Source of the DNA: an archaeon
GTDB lineage: Archaea > Nanobdellota > Nanobdellia > SCGC-AAA011-G17 > GW2011-AR17
Direction of reading: 5' to 3'
Length of the DNA stretch: 64,000 nucleotides
Assembly (NCBI GenBank): GCA_018653605.1
Contig: JABHYY010000018.1
Span: 29,324 to 93,323 of the forward strand
In this document: in pieces, positions 48,683-57,747 of the stretch
Position numbering within the stretch: position 1 is the first letter of the stretch
How the letters are laid out: each line of letters begins with the position of its first letter
Translations under genes and position numbers: made by a program
The notes under the pieces: generated by a model
Seen by the model: only the letters and a program-made list of their open reading frames with translations
Database searches by the model: none
What the model was told of the DNA's origin: nothing

Positions 48683-49390
48683 AAAGAAATCTCTATGCAT
48701 TTCAGCATAAGTTTCAACATCATGACCAAACCCATGATTAGCTCCTTCTAAAAGTCTAAATTCTTTTTTATCAGTTCCAGCACGTGAAACTAATTCAGCA
48801 ACATCAGCAGCTGCAACCACAGGATCATCTTCATGATGCACAACAAGCAATTCACCTTCATAACCAGCAATTACCTCTAAAAACTTTTCTCTGTCAGGAA
48901 AACCACCAAAACAAGGCAAACCATCACGATCAGGAGCATAAATTTGTGGAGAAGTTAAAAGCACCTTAGTAATCCTTCCAGCATAGCTTTCATCTAACAA
49001 TAAAGTTGCAAGCCCACCACCAAAAGAAAAACCACTCAGATAAATATTAGAAGGATTTTCATCCAAAGCAAAATCCATAGCAACCTTAAGATCTCTAAAC
49101 TCATCTTGATGAGTTTTGTTAATTCTTTTATCTCCAACACCTTCTTTAGTATAAGACATCATCATACCATAAGGATTACGATCAGCTTTAGCTTCTTCAA
49201 AAGCTTCAAGATCTCTACGAGAGGTATATCTAAAAGTTGAAGCAATACTATCATCTAAGATAGCTTTATGTGCAGCAACAATCTCTCTAGAATTTGCATG
49301 TCCAGGAATCCCAGGAACAAAAACTAAAACATTACGATTAATTAAACTAACTTCAATATCACAATCATCAACAGTAGTTTTAAAATCCAT
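48677..49390 (-). CDS. alpha/beta hydrolase
   Basis: GFSFGG nucleophile elbow, DDPVV, GANHGF. Confidence 0.82.
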   Translation of the reverse strand: MDFKTTVDDCDIEVSLINRNVLVFVPGIPGHANSREIVAAHKAILDDSIASTFRYTSRRDLEAFEEAKADRNPYGMMMSYTKEGVGDKRINKTHQDEFRDLKVAMDFALDENPSNIYLSGFSFGGGLATLLLDESYAGRITKVLLTSPQIYAPDRDGLPCFGGFPDREKFLEVIAGYEGELLVVHHEDDPVVAAADVAELVSRAGTDKKEFRLLEGANHGFGHDVETYAEMHRDFFL

Positions 49391-49422
49391 AAAAATAAGT
49401 TCAAACCCAGTCTTTATATAAT

Positions 49423-50244
49423 TTATGATATAAACTTAAGAATTGTTCGAGACAACCTTCGAGCCCTAATCAAAGGCAACTTATGCCCTACACCTTTAAA
49501 CAAAATAAATTTAGAACCTTTAATCAAATTATGAATCTCTTTAGACAAACTAACATCAAGAATAGAATCAGTATCCCCAGCAACAACAAGCAAAGGCAAA
49601 TCCACTTTCTGTAAATCTTTAACAATCTGCTTTCTATACCTTTTCGAATACAACTGAGCTTCATGCAAAGTATAAAAAATAGTTCGCATAGGCAAGTGAT
49701 ACAACTTATCTTTATACCAACCCAACTTTGTAACATCACTGAAATCAATTTCACAAGGATAAGAATTAAACCACCCCCGCCCAACTAAAAACTTCAAAAG
49801 CTTTACAACTAAAGGATTCAAATTCAACTCATGATTTCTAGGATAAGGATATTTGTAAGTTGCTTCAACTAACACAGCATTAACAGGTAACCTATCCTTA
49901 TGAGTTATCAAATAATCCAAAAGAACAGAACCACCAAAACTATGTCCAACAAAAGTAAAATTATCAATTCCTTCAACATCCAAAACTTTCTTAACATCTT
50001 TAACAAAATTTCTCAAGTGATAAGCCTTCTCATCAAGAGGTATATCAGATAACCCATGCCCTCTAAAATCAATAGCAAGAGTAGAATAACCTTTTTTATT
50101 AAAAAACTTAACCTCTTTATTCCAAACAGTCAAATTAACACCAACACCATGAAGAAAAACCATCACAGGAAAATTAGGATTCTTCTCTCTATAATCATAA
50201 TTAATCATCACCCCATCAAAAGACTTTATTTTTTTCATATTCAA
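49423..50244 (-). CDS. alpha/beta hydrolase
   Basis: FLHG, DFRGHGLS, GHSFGG, GDTD, GVGH. Confidence 0.88.
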   Translation of the reverse strand: MNMKKIKSFDGVMINYDYREKNPNFPVMVFLHGVGVNLTVWNKEVKFFNKKGYSTLAIDFRGHGLSDIPLDEKAYHLRNFVKDVKKVLDVEGIDNFTFVGHSFGGSVLLDYLITHKDRLPVNAVLVEATYKYPYPRNHELNLNPLVVKLLKFLVGRGWFNSYPCEIDFSDVTKLGWYKDKLYHLPMRTIFYTLHEAQLYSKRYRKQIVKDLQKVDLPLLVVAGDTDSILDVSLSKEIHNLIKGSKFILFKGVGHKLPLIRARRLSRTILKFIS

Positions 50245-51671
50245 TAGCTCTTAGCAATATAAGCCAGATGTTTACCATCTTTACCACAATAAACACATTT
50301 ACCAAATTTCTTAGGTTGATTTAAAGGCATGTTTAAAATTTTTGCTCCACCAGTTTGATCTTTCATCATCTCTTCACAACCTTGATCACCACACCAGAAA
50401 GCTTTAGCTAACTTCTTATCCTTAATAGCTTTTTTCAATTCTTTAGTATCTTTAACATCAACCATATTATCCAAAGCCATTTTCTTAGATCTTTTATACA
50501 GATTATTTTGAATATCAAGTAACAACTCTTCAATCTTCTTAACCATCTCACTCTCTTTAACAAAAAGTTTTTCACCAGTATCCCTTCGAACCAAAACAAC
50601 CTGCTTTTTTTCAACATCCTTAGGTCCGACTTCAATCCTAACAGGAACACCTTTCATTTCCCATTGATTAAATTTCCAACCAGCACTATAATCTGAATCA
50701 TCAAAAATACAATCAAACTTTTTCAAATTCCTATTTAAGTCTTTACACTTTTTCAAAACATTTTTTTCTTTACCTTTAATTAAAATTGGAACCAACACAC
50801 ATTTGTTAGGAGCCACCTTTGGAGGCAAAACCAACCCTTTATCATCACCATGAGAATAAATTAAAACACCCAACATTCTAGAAGAAATTGCCCAAGTATT
50901 TTGCCAAGCATATTCTTTCTTTTCATTTTTGTTCAAAAAAGTTACATCATAAGCTTTTGCAAATTTTTGTCCATCATGATGGAATATAGGCCCTTGTATA
51001 GCTTTACCATTAGGCATAAAATGCTCCAGTGAAACAGAAAAAACAGCGCCTGCAAACTTCTCTTTTTCAGTTTTCCTTCCAATCATAGAATATATCCCCA
51101 AATAATCTTCACAAATATACCTATACATCTCTATAACCCAATCTTGTTCTTTCAAAGATTCTTTTTCAGTTGCAAATACAGTATGACCTTCATTAAACAA
51201 AAACTCTCTAGTTCTCAAAAAGGGAACAGGATGTTTAAATTCCCACCTTACCACATTACTCCACTGATTAATTTTAAGTGGCAAATCTCTCCAACTTCTA
51301 ATCCACTTTGAAAAAGAATCATACATAATAGCTTCAGAAGTAGGCCTAATAGCTAATTTTTCATTTAATTTTGTTTTACCTGCATGTGTAACCCAAGCAA
51401 CCTCTGGAGCAAAACCCTCAACATGCTCCTCTTCTTTAATCAATAAAGATTCAGGAATAAAAAGTGGAAAATAAGCATTTTTAACACTATACTTTTTTAT
51501 TCTTGCATTAACAAGATCCATTATTTTTTCCCATACAGCATAATAATAAGGCCTAAAAACAATACAACCAGAAACACCAGTATAATCTGCAAGTTCAGCT
51601 TTTTGTATAACTTGTGTATACCACTCAGAAAAATTCTCATTCTTTTTTACAGTAATACCCTTTTCAGCCAT
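50241..51671 (-). CDS. proS: proline--tRNA ligase (archaeal type)
   Basis: FSEWY, EHVEGFAPEVAWVT, RPTSE, RWEFK..PFLRTREF, HGDDKGL, C-terminal AKSY. Confidence 0.95.
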   Translation of the reverse strand: MAEKGITVKKNENFSEWYTQVIQKAELADYTGVSGCIVFRPYYYAVWEKIMDLVNARIKKYSVKNAYFPLFIPESLLIKEEEHVEGFAPEVAWVTHAGKTKLNEKLAIRPTSEAIMYDSFSKWIRSWRDLPLKINQWSNVVRWEFKHPVPFLRTREFLFNEGHTVFATEKESLKEQDWVIEMYRYICEDYLGIYSMIGRKTEKEKFAGAVFSVSLEHFMPNGKAIQGPIFHHDGQKFAKAYDVTFLNKNEKKEYAWQNTWAISSRMLGVLIYSHGDDKGLVLPPKVAPNKCVLVPILIKGKEKNVLKKCKDLNRNLKKFDCIFDDSDYSAGWKFNQWEMKGVPVRIEVGPKDVEKKQVVLVRRDTGEKLFVKESEMVKKIEELLLDIQNNLYKRSKKMALDNMVDVKDTKELKKAIKDKKLAKAFWCGDQGCEEMMKDQTGGAKILNMPLNQPKKFGKCVYCGKDGKHLAYIAKSY

Positions 51672-51707
51672 AAAAACAATAATGCCTCACTTACTTTTAA
51701 ATCTTTT

Positions 51708-52358
51708 CTATGCAACCATAATATCATCTTCAAACAACAAAGTTATCCAGTTCTGATTCAAAGCTCTATCAAACCTTACTAATTCAGATCTAAATTCAAT
51801 AGCAGCCATTCCCTTTCTTTCATAAACAGATAAAACTTGAATAAGATAAGTCCACCTTTCAATTTCATTTTTAATCACTATTCTAACATCCTTAGGAATT
51901 CCTTCCCAATGATTTAATAGTAAAGCTAAAGAATTGATACTATTCAAAAAAATATTTCTATATCTTTCACCATAACCTCTTTTATAAGATATATGCACAA
52001 CATCTTTATCTCGAACTACCCCAAATTCCCTCTTTAACATTGAAAATGCACCATACAAAATAGAATAAATATTTTGTAATTGTTTTTCAATAAGAAGAAG
52101 ATGTTTAATTGAACTTTCTCCTTGTTCAGCATCAGTAATATCAAAATTAAGTTTTAATTCAATAGCCTTTGCAATAGCAAGAATTTCTCTCTCACTTAAA
52201 ACAGAATGTCTTTTTTCTGAAATTTTATCAGCAACAATCTTAACTTTCTCCCCAAACAGATCCAATTGAACACCTTTAATTTTTTGAGAATATCTACCTG
52301 CTACATAAGCCTTAATCTCATTACTTCCAATAGCCCTAGCTTCAACAGTTTTTTTCAT
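51708..52358 (-). CDS. hypothetical protein
   Basis: 216-aa helical ORF coupled to 52355. Confidence 0.55.
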   Translation of the reverse strand: MKKTVEARAIGSNEIKAYVAGRYSQKIKGVQLDLFGEKVKIVADKISEKRHSVLSEREILAIAKAIELKLNFDITDAEQGESSIKHLLLIEKQLQNIYSILYGAFSMLKREFGVVRDKDVVHISYKRGYGERYRNIFLNSINSLALLLNHWEGIPKDVRIVIKNEIERWTYLIQVLSVYERKGMAAIEFRSELVRFDRALNQNWITLLFEDDIMVA

Positions 52359-52774
52359 TTTTTCTTAAACCTTTTCAAAACCTTTGCTTGCTCAGGAAAC
52401 TTTTCATCCAACTCCTCATGCACTAATTCCTCAGAAAACAAAGCACCTGATCTTGAATTAACAGGCATATGATTATAAACATGAAACAATTCATGCAAAG
52501 TAATCCCTTCAATAAATTTAATCCTAGTTTCCTTTCTCAAACCTTTAACTAAACCATTAATAATATCTTCACAATAATAAATAACATCACCACCCTTCAT
52601 TTCAGCCACAAAACAAGGTGTTTTATTCAAGTGTTTAACTAAATTCATTCCATTCAAATACTTAGAAAACTCTTTTTTTTTCATAAATAAAATAATTGGA
52701 TTTTTTATTTTGTAAGGGAACTTTTTCATTGCTTTGACAGCAATACTTTCAATCTCTTTTTCTTCCATAGACAT
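52355..52774 (-). CDS. putative zinc metallopeptidase-like protein
   Basis: HELFH motif followed by a downstream EE. Confidence 0.6.
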   Translation of the reverse strand: MSMEEKEIESIAVKAMKKFPYKIKNPIILFMKKKEFSKYLNGMNLVKHLNKTPCFVAEMKGGDVIYYCEDIINGLVKGLRKETRIKFIEGITLHELFHVYNHMPVNSRSGALFSEELVHEELDEKFPEQAKVLKRFKKK

Positions 52775-52816
52775 TTCAAAGCAAAGAATCTTTAAAAATA
52801 TTTGCTAACTTGAATA

Positions 52817-53014
52817 TTAATCCTTAACTTTATCAGATAACTCTTCTTCATTTTTAGGCAAAGGAGACTCTTTAGGAAGGATATAAACATAATTTGGATC
52901 TGGTCCTTGTGTAAAATAAGGTGGTCTTAAACCAAGCGCATCCTCTACAAAAAGACCTGTTCCATAATCTTCAGGAAATGCTCTATCAGGTTTAGTAATT
53001 ACTAATCTTGCCAT
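52817..53014 (-). CDS. small hypothetical protein
   Basis: 65-aa ORF with upstream TATA-like element. Confidence 0.45.
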   Translation of the reverse strand: MARLVITKPDRAFPEDYGTGLFVEDALGLRPPYFTQGPDPNYVYILPKESPLPKNEEELSDKVKD

Positions 53015-53066
53015 TATAAATATTAAAATCTCAATCTTTAAAAATCTTGTCTTGATATCACTTAAG

Positions 53067-53095
53067 AGTAATTACAAAACAAAACTTTTATAAAT
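53067..53095 (+). promoter_or_regulatory. conserved promoter block AGTARTTACAAAACAMAACTTTTATAAAT (second copy 55128-55156)
   Basis: 27/29 identity; each copy ends in a TATA box about 20 bp before an ATG (leaderless-type spacing). Confidence 0.75.
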
Positions 53096-53115
53096 AGTTA
53101 AATCAGTAAAAAAAT

Positions 53116-54447
53116 ATGAGAAAAAGATATTTTGCAGCAACTGCAGTAGGAGTAGCTTTAACTACATTAATGGGACCATACATTCTTTTAAACAAGGTTC
53201 CAGAATTACAATCTTTAAAAAAAACTTGGTTCCCTTCTTTCAGCCTACAAGAACAATATAAATCTCCAATTGCAGCTGAAGAAAGAAATATAGATCCAAT
53301 TCAAAAAGCAGAATTACCAAACAAAAGAACTGAATTAGAACAAATAATTGCAGAACTTTTTATTACAAGATCAAACAATACTGGAGAATATACACCTGGT
53401 GGAGTTTTATTAAGAAAAGGAGAAACTAGAAAAGGACATCTCTTTGGAGAGTTTAGTTCATATGATCCAAGAAGAACACAAAGATCTGTAGAAAAAATTC
53501 TTTCAAGAGCAGAAAAAGAAGAACAAAGAGTTTTGATTTATGATGAAGGAGAAGGAGGATATGTTCTAAGAACAGGTGTAATGCCTCCAGCCCAAGAAAT
53601 TGGAGATTATTTAACAGAAGGAATTGTAGGTCCAAATATAGGACAAATAATCACTCCAAATGAATCTAAAAAAGAAAGAGCTAACCAAATAGGAACATTG
53701 TTTAATAGTTATGCAAAAGAATTAAGTGACAGAGGAATAGATTCTGTTTTTGGTCCAGTTTTAGATGTTGCATCAAAAGATTCTGAAGGAAATTTAATTA
53801 ATGAAATGCAAAGAAATTTTAGTGATAGACATTTAGTAACAAGAGAAATTGCAAAAACTTATATTACCGCAATGCACAATCATGGAATTCGTGTTGTTGG
53901 AAAACATTTTTTAACAGCAGGTTTAACAGAAGAAGGAGACATTCATGATGAAACTGTTGCTAACACAGATACAATTAGACCAAAATTATGGGCAGGACAA
54001 ACTTATAGATTATTAAGAGAAGATTTAGATGCAATCATGGTAACCCATGTAGGTAATCCTTGTGGTGAAGATAAGGGCAGGCCTTATTCTATATCTCCAA
54101 GAGCAATAGAATATTTAACTCGAGAAAGATATAATAATAACCAATTTAGAGGAATAAATTTCCAAGGCTTGGTTATAGTTGATGACATTTCAATGCAAGG
54201 TTTAATATCATATGTTCAAGAAGGAAAACTTACTGAAAAAGAGTTAAATTTAATAAGTGATACAGAAAATCTAGAAGCAAAGGCAGCAATTTTAGCACTA
54301 AACGCAGGAGCACATGTATTAATCGCAAATGAAGCTGATACAGATGAAGTTATCGAAGCTGTTGCTGATGTTGCAAGACGAGATAATAATTTCCTACAAA
54401 AAGTCATTAACGCAGAAAGAAAATATGAGGCATACATAGAACAATGA
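53116..54447 (+). CDS. GH3 beta-N-acetylhexosaminidase (NagZ-like), membrane-anchored
   Basis: DEGEGG.V.R, FGPVLDV, RNFS, KHF...G....DIH (Asp-His dyad), IMVTHV, FQGLVIVDDISMQG nucleophile; N-terminal TM. Confidence 0.82.
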   Translation: MRKRYFAATAVGVALTTLMGPYILLNKVPELQSLKKTWFPSFSLQEQYKSPIAAEERNIDPIQKAELPNKRTELEQIIAELFITRSNNTGEYTPGGVLLRKGETRKGHLFGEFSSYDPRRTQRSVEKILSRAEKEEQRVLIYDEGEGGYVLRTGVMPPAQEIGDYLTEGIVGPNIGQIITPNESKKERANQIGTLFNSYAKELSDRGIDSVFGPVLDVASKDSEGNLINEMQRNFSDRHLVTREIAKTYITAMHNHGIRVVGKHFLTAGLTEEGDIHDETVANTDTIRPKLWAGQTYRLLREDLDAIMVTHVGNPCGEDKGRPYSISPRAIEYLTRERYNNNQFRGINFQGLVIVDDISMQGLISYVQEGKLTEKELNLISDTENLEAKAAILALNAGAHVLIANEADTDEVIEAVADVARRDNNFLQKVINAERKYEAYIEQ

Positions 54448-55112
54448 GCAAAATAAGAAAAGCTGGGAAAGGATTAGCAGGATTAGTTTCACTAGCTACT
54501 GTTGCAACAGGACTATATTTAGGTGCAACATATCTAACTATGAGAGATTATTTACATGCAGATATAGATTCTGAAATAACAAGAGTTGCAAGTTCTGGAA
54601 AACCAAAAGGTGGTTTAGTTACTATAGAAGAACATGTTAAAACAGCAAGAGATTTACTTTTATTTGGTAAAAATAGACTTCAAAGAGACGATAATCCAGG
54701 ATATGATTTAACTGTAGACAAAACAACAAACACAATGTATGTTTTTAATGGTGGAACTTTAATAAGAACAATTGATGTAGGCACTGGAGAAGAACTTATA
54801 GAAGATAAAGACAGATTTGGTCAATATGTTACACCAAATGGAGAGTATTTAGTAATAAAAGAATTTGATCAAGAAGCTTTAAGAAATAAGTTTGGTCAAG
54901 CACATGCAGATAAATACTATGCAGTTGGAATGTTACAATTATCAGGACCATGGGCACCACATATTGCAATTCATGGAACACCAGATCCAGACAAAATTGG
55001 AAAAAATAAATCTCATGGTTGTATCAATGTAGGTCTTGATGACATGGCTTGGATTATGGACAATGTTGGTATTGGCTCAACACTTAGTGTGTATATGTCT
55101 GCAACCAAATAA
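54444..55112 (+). CDS. L,D-transpeptidase (YkuD domain), membrane-anchored
   Basis: VDK....MYVF, VGTG, TPNGEY, IAIHGT...IG...SHGCINV catalytic His/Cys. Confidence 0.88.
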   Translation: MSKIRKAGKGLAGLVSLATVATGLYLGATYLTMRDYLHADIDSEITRVASSGKPKGGLVTIEEHVKTARDLLLFGKNRLQRDDNPGYDLTVDKTTNTMYVFNGGTLIRTIDVGTGEELIEDKDRFGQYVTPNGEYLVIKEFDQEALRNKFGQAHADKYYAVGMLQLSGPWAPHIAIHGTPDPDKIGKNKSHGCINVGLDDMAWIMDNVGIGSTLSVYMSATK

Positions 55113-55177
55113 TTTATACTATTTCAAAGTAGTTACAAAACACAACTTTTATAAATCAGAAAAATGACAAATATAGT

Positions 55178-56068
55178 ATGAAAACCTTAGAATTTTCACA
55201 CAATAGAGGTAGATCACCAAGAGGGTTGATAACAGAGAGGTATAACCCACAGGACCAAGTTAGTGAGACACCAATAGTAATCCTTACTGGTTTTGGGACT
55301 ACACCTCCCCCAAAAGGAGATAGAGCTGAACTATCAGATCAGGAGCTTAGAAGAACAAGTTATTTAGGCTTGTTTCCTGGTCTGACAGCTCAATTAACAG
55401 GTCATCCAGTCCACATTACATACCATCCTGCAGTTTCGAGATTAATCACAAGAGCAGGTCTTTACAGTGCAGATGCAGCACAAATGCAATTTGAAGATTC
55501 ACCAGAAGGACATTACTTTCTACACAGCATGGCAGCATGTATAGGATATGATATACTAACAAGAGATAGAAGATATGCAGGTAAAACAGAGAAAGCAAAA
55601 AGTATCACACTTGCAGCACCCTGGACAACTGCAAGAGATGCACTAAGCCATAAAGGAAAAGTTAGAAAATTATTAGGAGTTGATTTAGAAACAGCATTCA
55701 AACTATTACAACATCTTCCAATACCATGTTGGTATCCAAATACAAACCAAACATGGCATGATGGAGATGGAGAAACAGAAAAAAGCAAACATTGGGGAGC
55801 AGCATTAATTCCAAGAGCAACTTCAGCAAGATATGCACTAACACTAGATGCAAAAAAAAAGTTAGCAGATGTAAAAGTAAGTCAAACTCCATTAGTAATT
55901 GATACAAAACAAGACAGAGTATTTAGTGAAGATAGAACAGAAATAGCAGAAATGCTTAAAGCAAGAATTACAAAGATTGAAGCAGGACACAGATTTTTCA
56001 CAGCAGAAAGAGAAAAGTTAGTACCAGTAATAGAAAGATTTCATGAACATATAGAGGCAAGCGAATGA
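55178..56068 (+). CDS. alpha/beta hydrolase (putative esterase)
   Basis: ILTGFG oxyanion loop, LHSMA nucleophile, LAAP, QDRVF, AGH. Confidence 0.7.
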   Translation: MKTLEFSHNRGRSPRGLITERYNPQDQVSETPIVILTGFGTTPPPKGDRAELSDQELRRTSYLGLFPGLTAQLTGHPVHITYHPAVSRLITRAGLYSADAAQMQFEDSPEGHYFLHSMAACIGYDILTRDRRYAGKTEKAKSITLAAPWTTARDALSHKGKVRKLLGVDLETAFKLLQHLPIPCWYPNTNQTWHDGDGETEKSKHWGAALIPRATSARYALTLDAKKKLADVKVSQTPLVIDTKQDRVFSEDRTEIAEMLKARITKIEAGHRFFTAEREKLVPVIERFHEHIEASE

Positions 56069-57117
56069 ATAGAAGAGATTTTCTAAAAAATTTAGGATTA
56101 GGAACAGCAGCTTTATACTTAGGAGGCTGTTCAGAACAACCTGCAGACAATGATTCTACAATTCAAGAAGAACCTATTCAAGAAACAACCCAAACATTAG
56201 AAGATCTTTTAACACAAGATATTGAATTCACAGCAGATGACCTTTACAAACATTATGATGTTAATATAACACCAGAAGAATTAGTTTATCTAACAAGAGC
56301 TATTTACCACGAAGGTTCAGATGAAAAAGCTTTAGTTCAAGTAGGAACAAGATGGATCACAAACAAAGAAGGTAAAAAAGAAGAAGTTCCAGTAAAAGCT
56401 TTTGACTTAGATCAATTACAAGAATCATACAGAAGAATTGCCCATGTTATCAATAACAGATACCAATTTGACAACTGTACAGAAGAGTTTGAAAACCTTA
56501 CAGGAAAACTACAATTCAGTAAAAATGGTACTTTTGAAAGTATCCTAAGAGAATGTAAATCAATTGATGAAGAAGGTAGACCAAGAGATTGTCAATTTAG
56601 TTGTACACATTTTCATTACAAAGATTTCCAAACAGCAGAAAAAGAAGGAGAATACAGTTTGGCTACAGGAGATATCAATTCAGATAGAGCTCTATTAGCA
56701 TACAGAGCACTCTTAGAAGTTCTGACAGGAGAACATCAAGATCCAACAGGCAGAGCACTATGGTATAAAAATAAAAAATTAGCAGAAAAACAAAAAGGAA
56801 AACCCATTAAATGGAATGGAGAAGAAGCATTTGCAACAGAAACAATAGAATGTTCTGAGATTGAAAAGATACCAAGTACATCAATTGCAAAAAGGATTGA
56901 ACAAAGAGATCCAAAAATTACATGTAGAGCTGACCAGTCATTTAGGATGAAATCTACAAATAAATTTCTAAGCCATGATTACTACACTGTTGAAGCAGAA
57001 GAAAGAAAAGAAATGCTTTATGACAGTGGAAATGACACAGGCCATACTTACAAAAATGGTAAATGGTTACCAAGGCAAAGTTTTAGTAAAAAAGTACCAG
57101 CACACCTTCGTAAGTAA
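56065..57117 (+). CDS. SleB/Hydrolase_2 cell-wall hydrolase (lytic transglycosylase), Tat-exported lipoprotein
   Basis: MNRRDFLK twin-Arg signal, LGGC lipobox, LTRAIYHE (catalytic Glu), IAHVINNR, CQFSC, DPTGRALWY, SHDYY. Confidence 0.8.
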   Translation: MNRRDFLKNLGLGTAALYLGGCSEQPADNDSTIQEEPIQETTQTLEDLLTQDIEFTADDLYKHYDVNITPEELVYLTRAIYHEGSDEKALVQVGTRWITNKEGKKEEVPVKAFDLDQLQESYRRIAHVINNRYQFDNCTEEFENLTGKLQFSKNGTFESILRECKSIDEEGRPRDCQFSCTHFHYKDFQTAEKEGEYSLATGDINSDRALLAYRALLEVLTGEHQDPTGRALWYKNKKLAEKQKGKPIKWNGEEAFATETIECSEIEKIPSTSIAKRIEQRDPKITCRADQSFRMKSTNKFLSHDYYTVEAEERKEMLYDSGNDTGHTYKNGKWLPRQSFSKKVPAHLRK

Positions 57118-57149
57118 ATTTTATTAACTTCTACATCTAAATATTCTCC

Positions 57150-57323
57150 ATGGAATGTAAAAAAGAACAAAACCTAAAGCATTGCAACTGCACCTATTCC
57201 TGCTCAAAAAAAGGGATCTGTTGTGAGTGCATAGCCTACCACAGAGCAAGGAGAGAGCTCCCTGCATGCTATTTTAGCAAAGAAAAGGAAGCAACCTATA
57301 ACAGAGGTATGGATAACCTTTAA
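57150..57323 (+). CDS. 57-aa Cys-rich protein (DUF6485-like; not in ORF track)
   Basis: [57 protein letters not shown]. Confidence 0.72.
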   Translation: MECKKEQNLKHCNCTYSCSKKGICCECIAYHRARRELPACYFSKEKEATYNRGMDNL

Positions 57324-57351
57324 TAACATCAAAATCCATCAAAAACACCAT

Positions 57352-57440
57352 GGGCCTATGATGTAATCTGGATAGCATATCTGGCTTCGGATTGAAAAAG
57401 GAGATACCAGAATATGGGGGTTCAAATCCTCCTAGGCCCA
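57352..57440 (+). tRNA. tRNA-Arg(TCG) with canonical 37/38 intron (57391-57405)
   Basis: GGGCCTA/TAGGCCC acceptor, TCTGG-CT-TCG-G[attgaaaaaggagat]A-CCAGA, BHB helix CTTC/GGAG, GGGGG-TTCAAAT-CCTCC. Confidence 0.9.
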
Positions 57441-57522
57441 TTATTATATTCAGGTGGTTGTAAACCACCTCTCATTTGATCAAACTTTGAAAAAGTTTGG
57501 TTTGAATCAGTCCTAGGCCCAT
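57430..57522. repeat. duplication of the tRNA 3' end (TCCTAGGCCCAT) flanking two hairpins
   Basis: copies at 57430-57441 and 57511-57522; hairpins at 57452-57470 and 57481-57499. Confidence 0.7.
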
Positions 57523-57675
57523 ATTTTCACCAAAAATCAGCTCAGACCCAACATGGCAGTCAAAACCAAGAATTTCCCTACAAAAGACCTTTCAAAACCA
57601 TTAAATTCTATCAATACAAGCCCTGTACCCCAAAACCACAAATTATATAAATAAGCACTAGTTTTATAAAAGTAA

Positions 57676-57747
57676 GCCCGGCATGAGAATACTCAATGGA
57701 GTACGGCAACGGCCAACACAATGAGCTTGGGAGTTAGTGTTACGGGC
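57676..57747 (+). ncRNA. structured RNA at the 5' end of the dnaG leader
   Basis: GC-rich island; GCCCG/CGGGC closing stem, TACTC-AATG-GAGTA and AACAC/GTGTT stems; TATA box about 30 nt upstream. Confidence 0.55.

Noticed and set aside
57352-57440. Reading this tRNA as Pro(CGG)
   Set aside because: The TCTGG/CCAGA stem and BHB geometry place TCG at positions 34-36, giving Arg
57274-57468. 64-aa minus-strand ORF
   Set aside because: Antisense to tRNA-Arg(TCG); spurious
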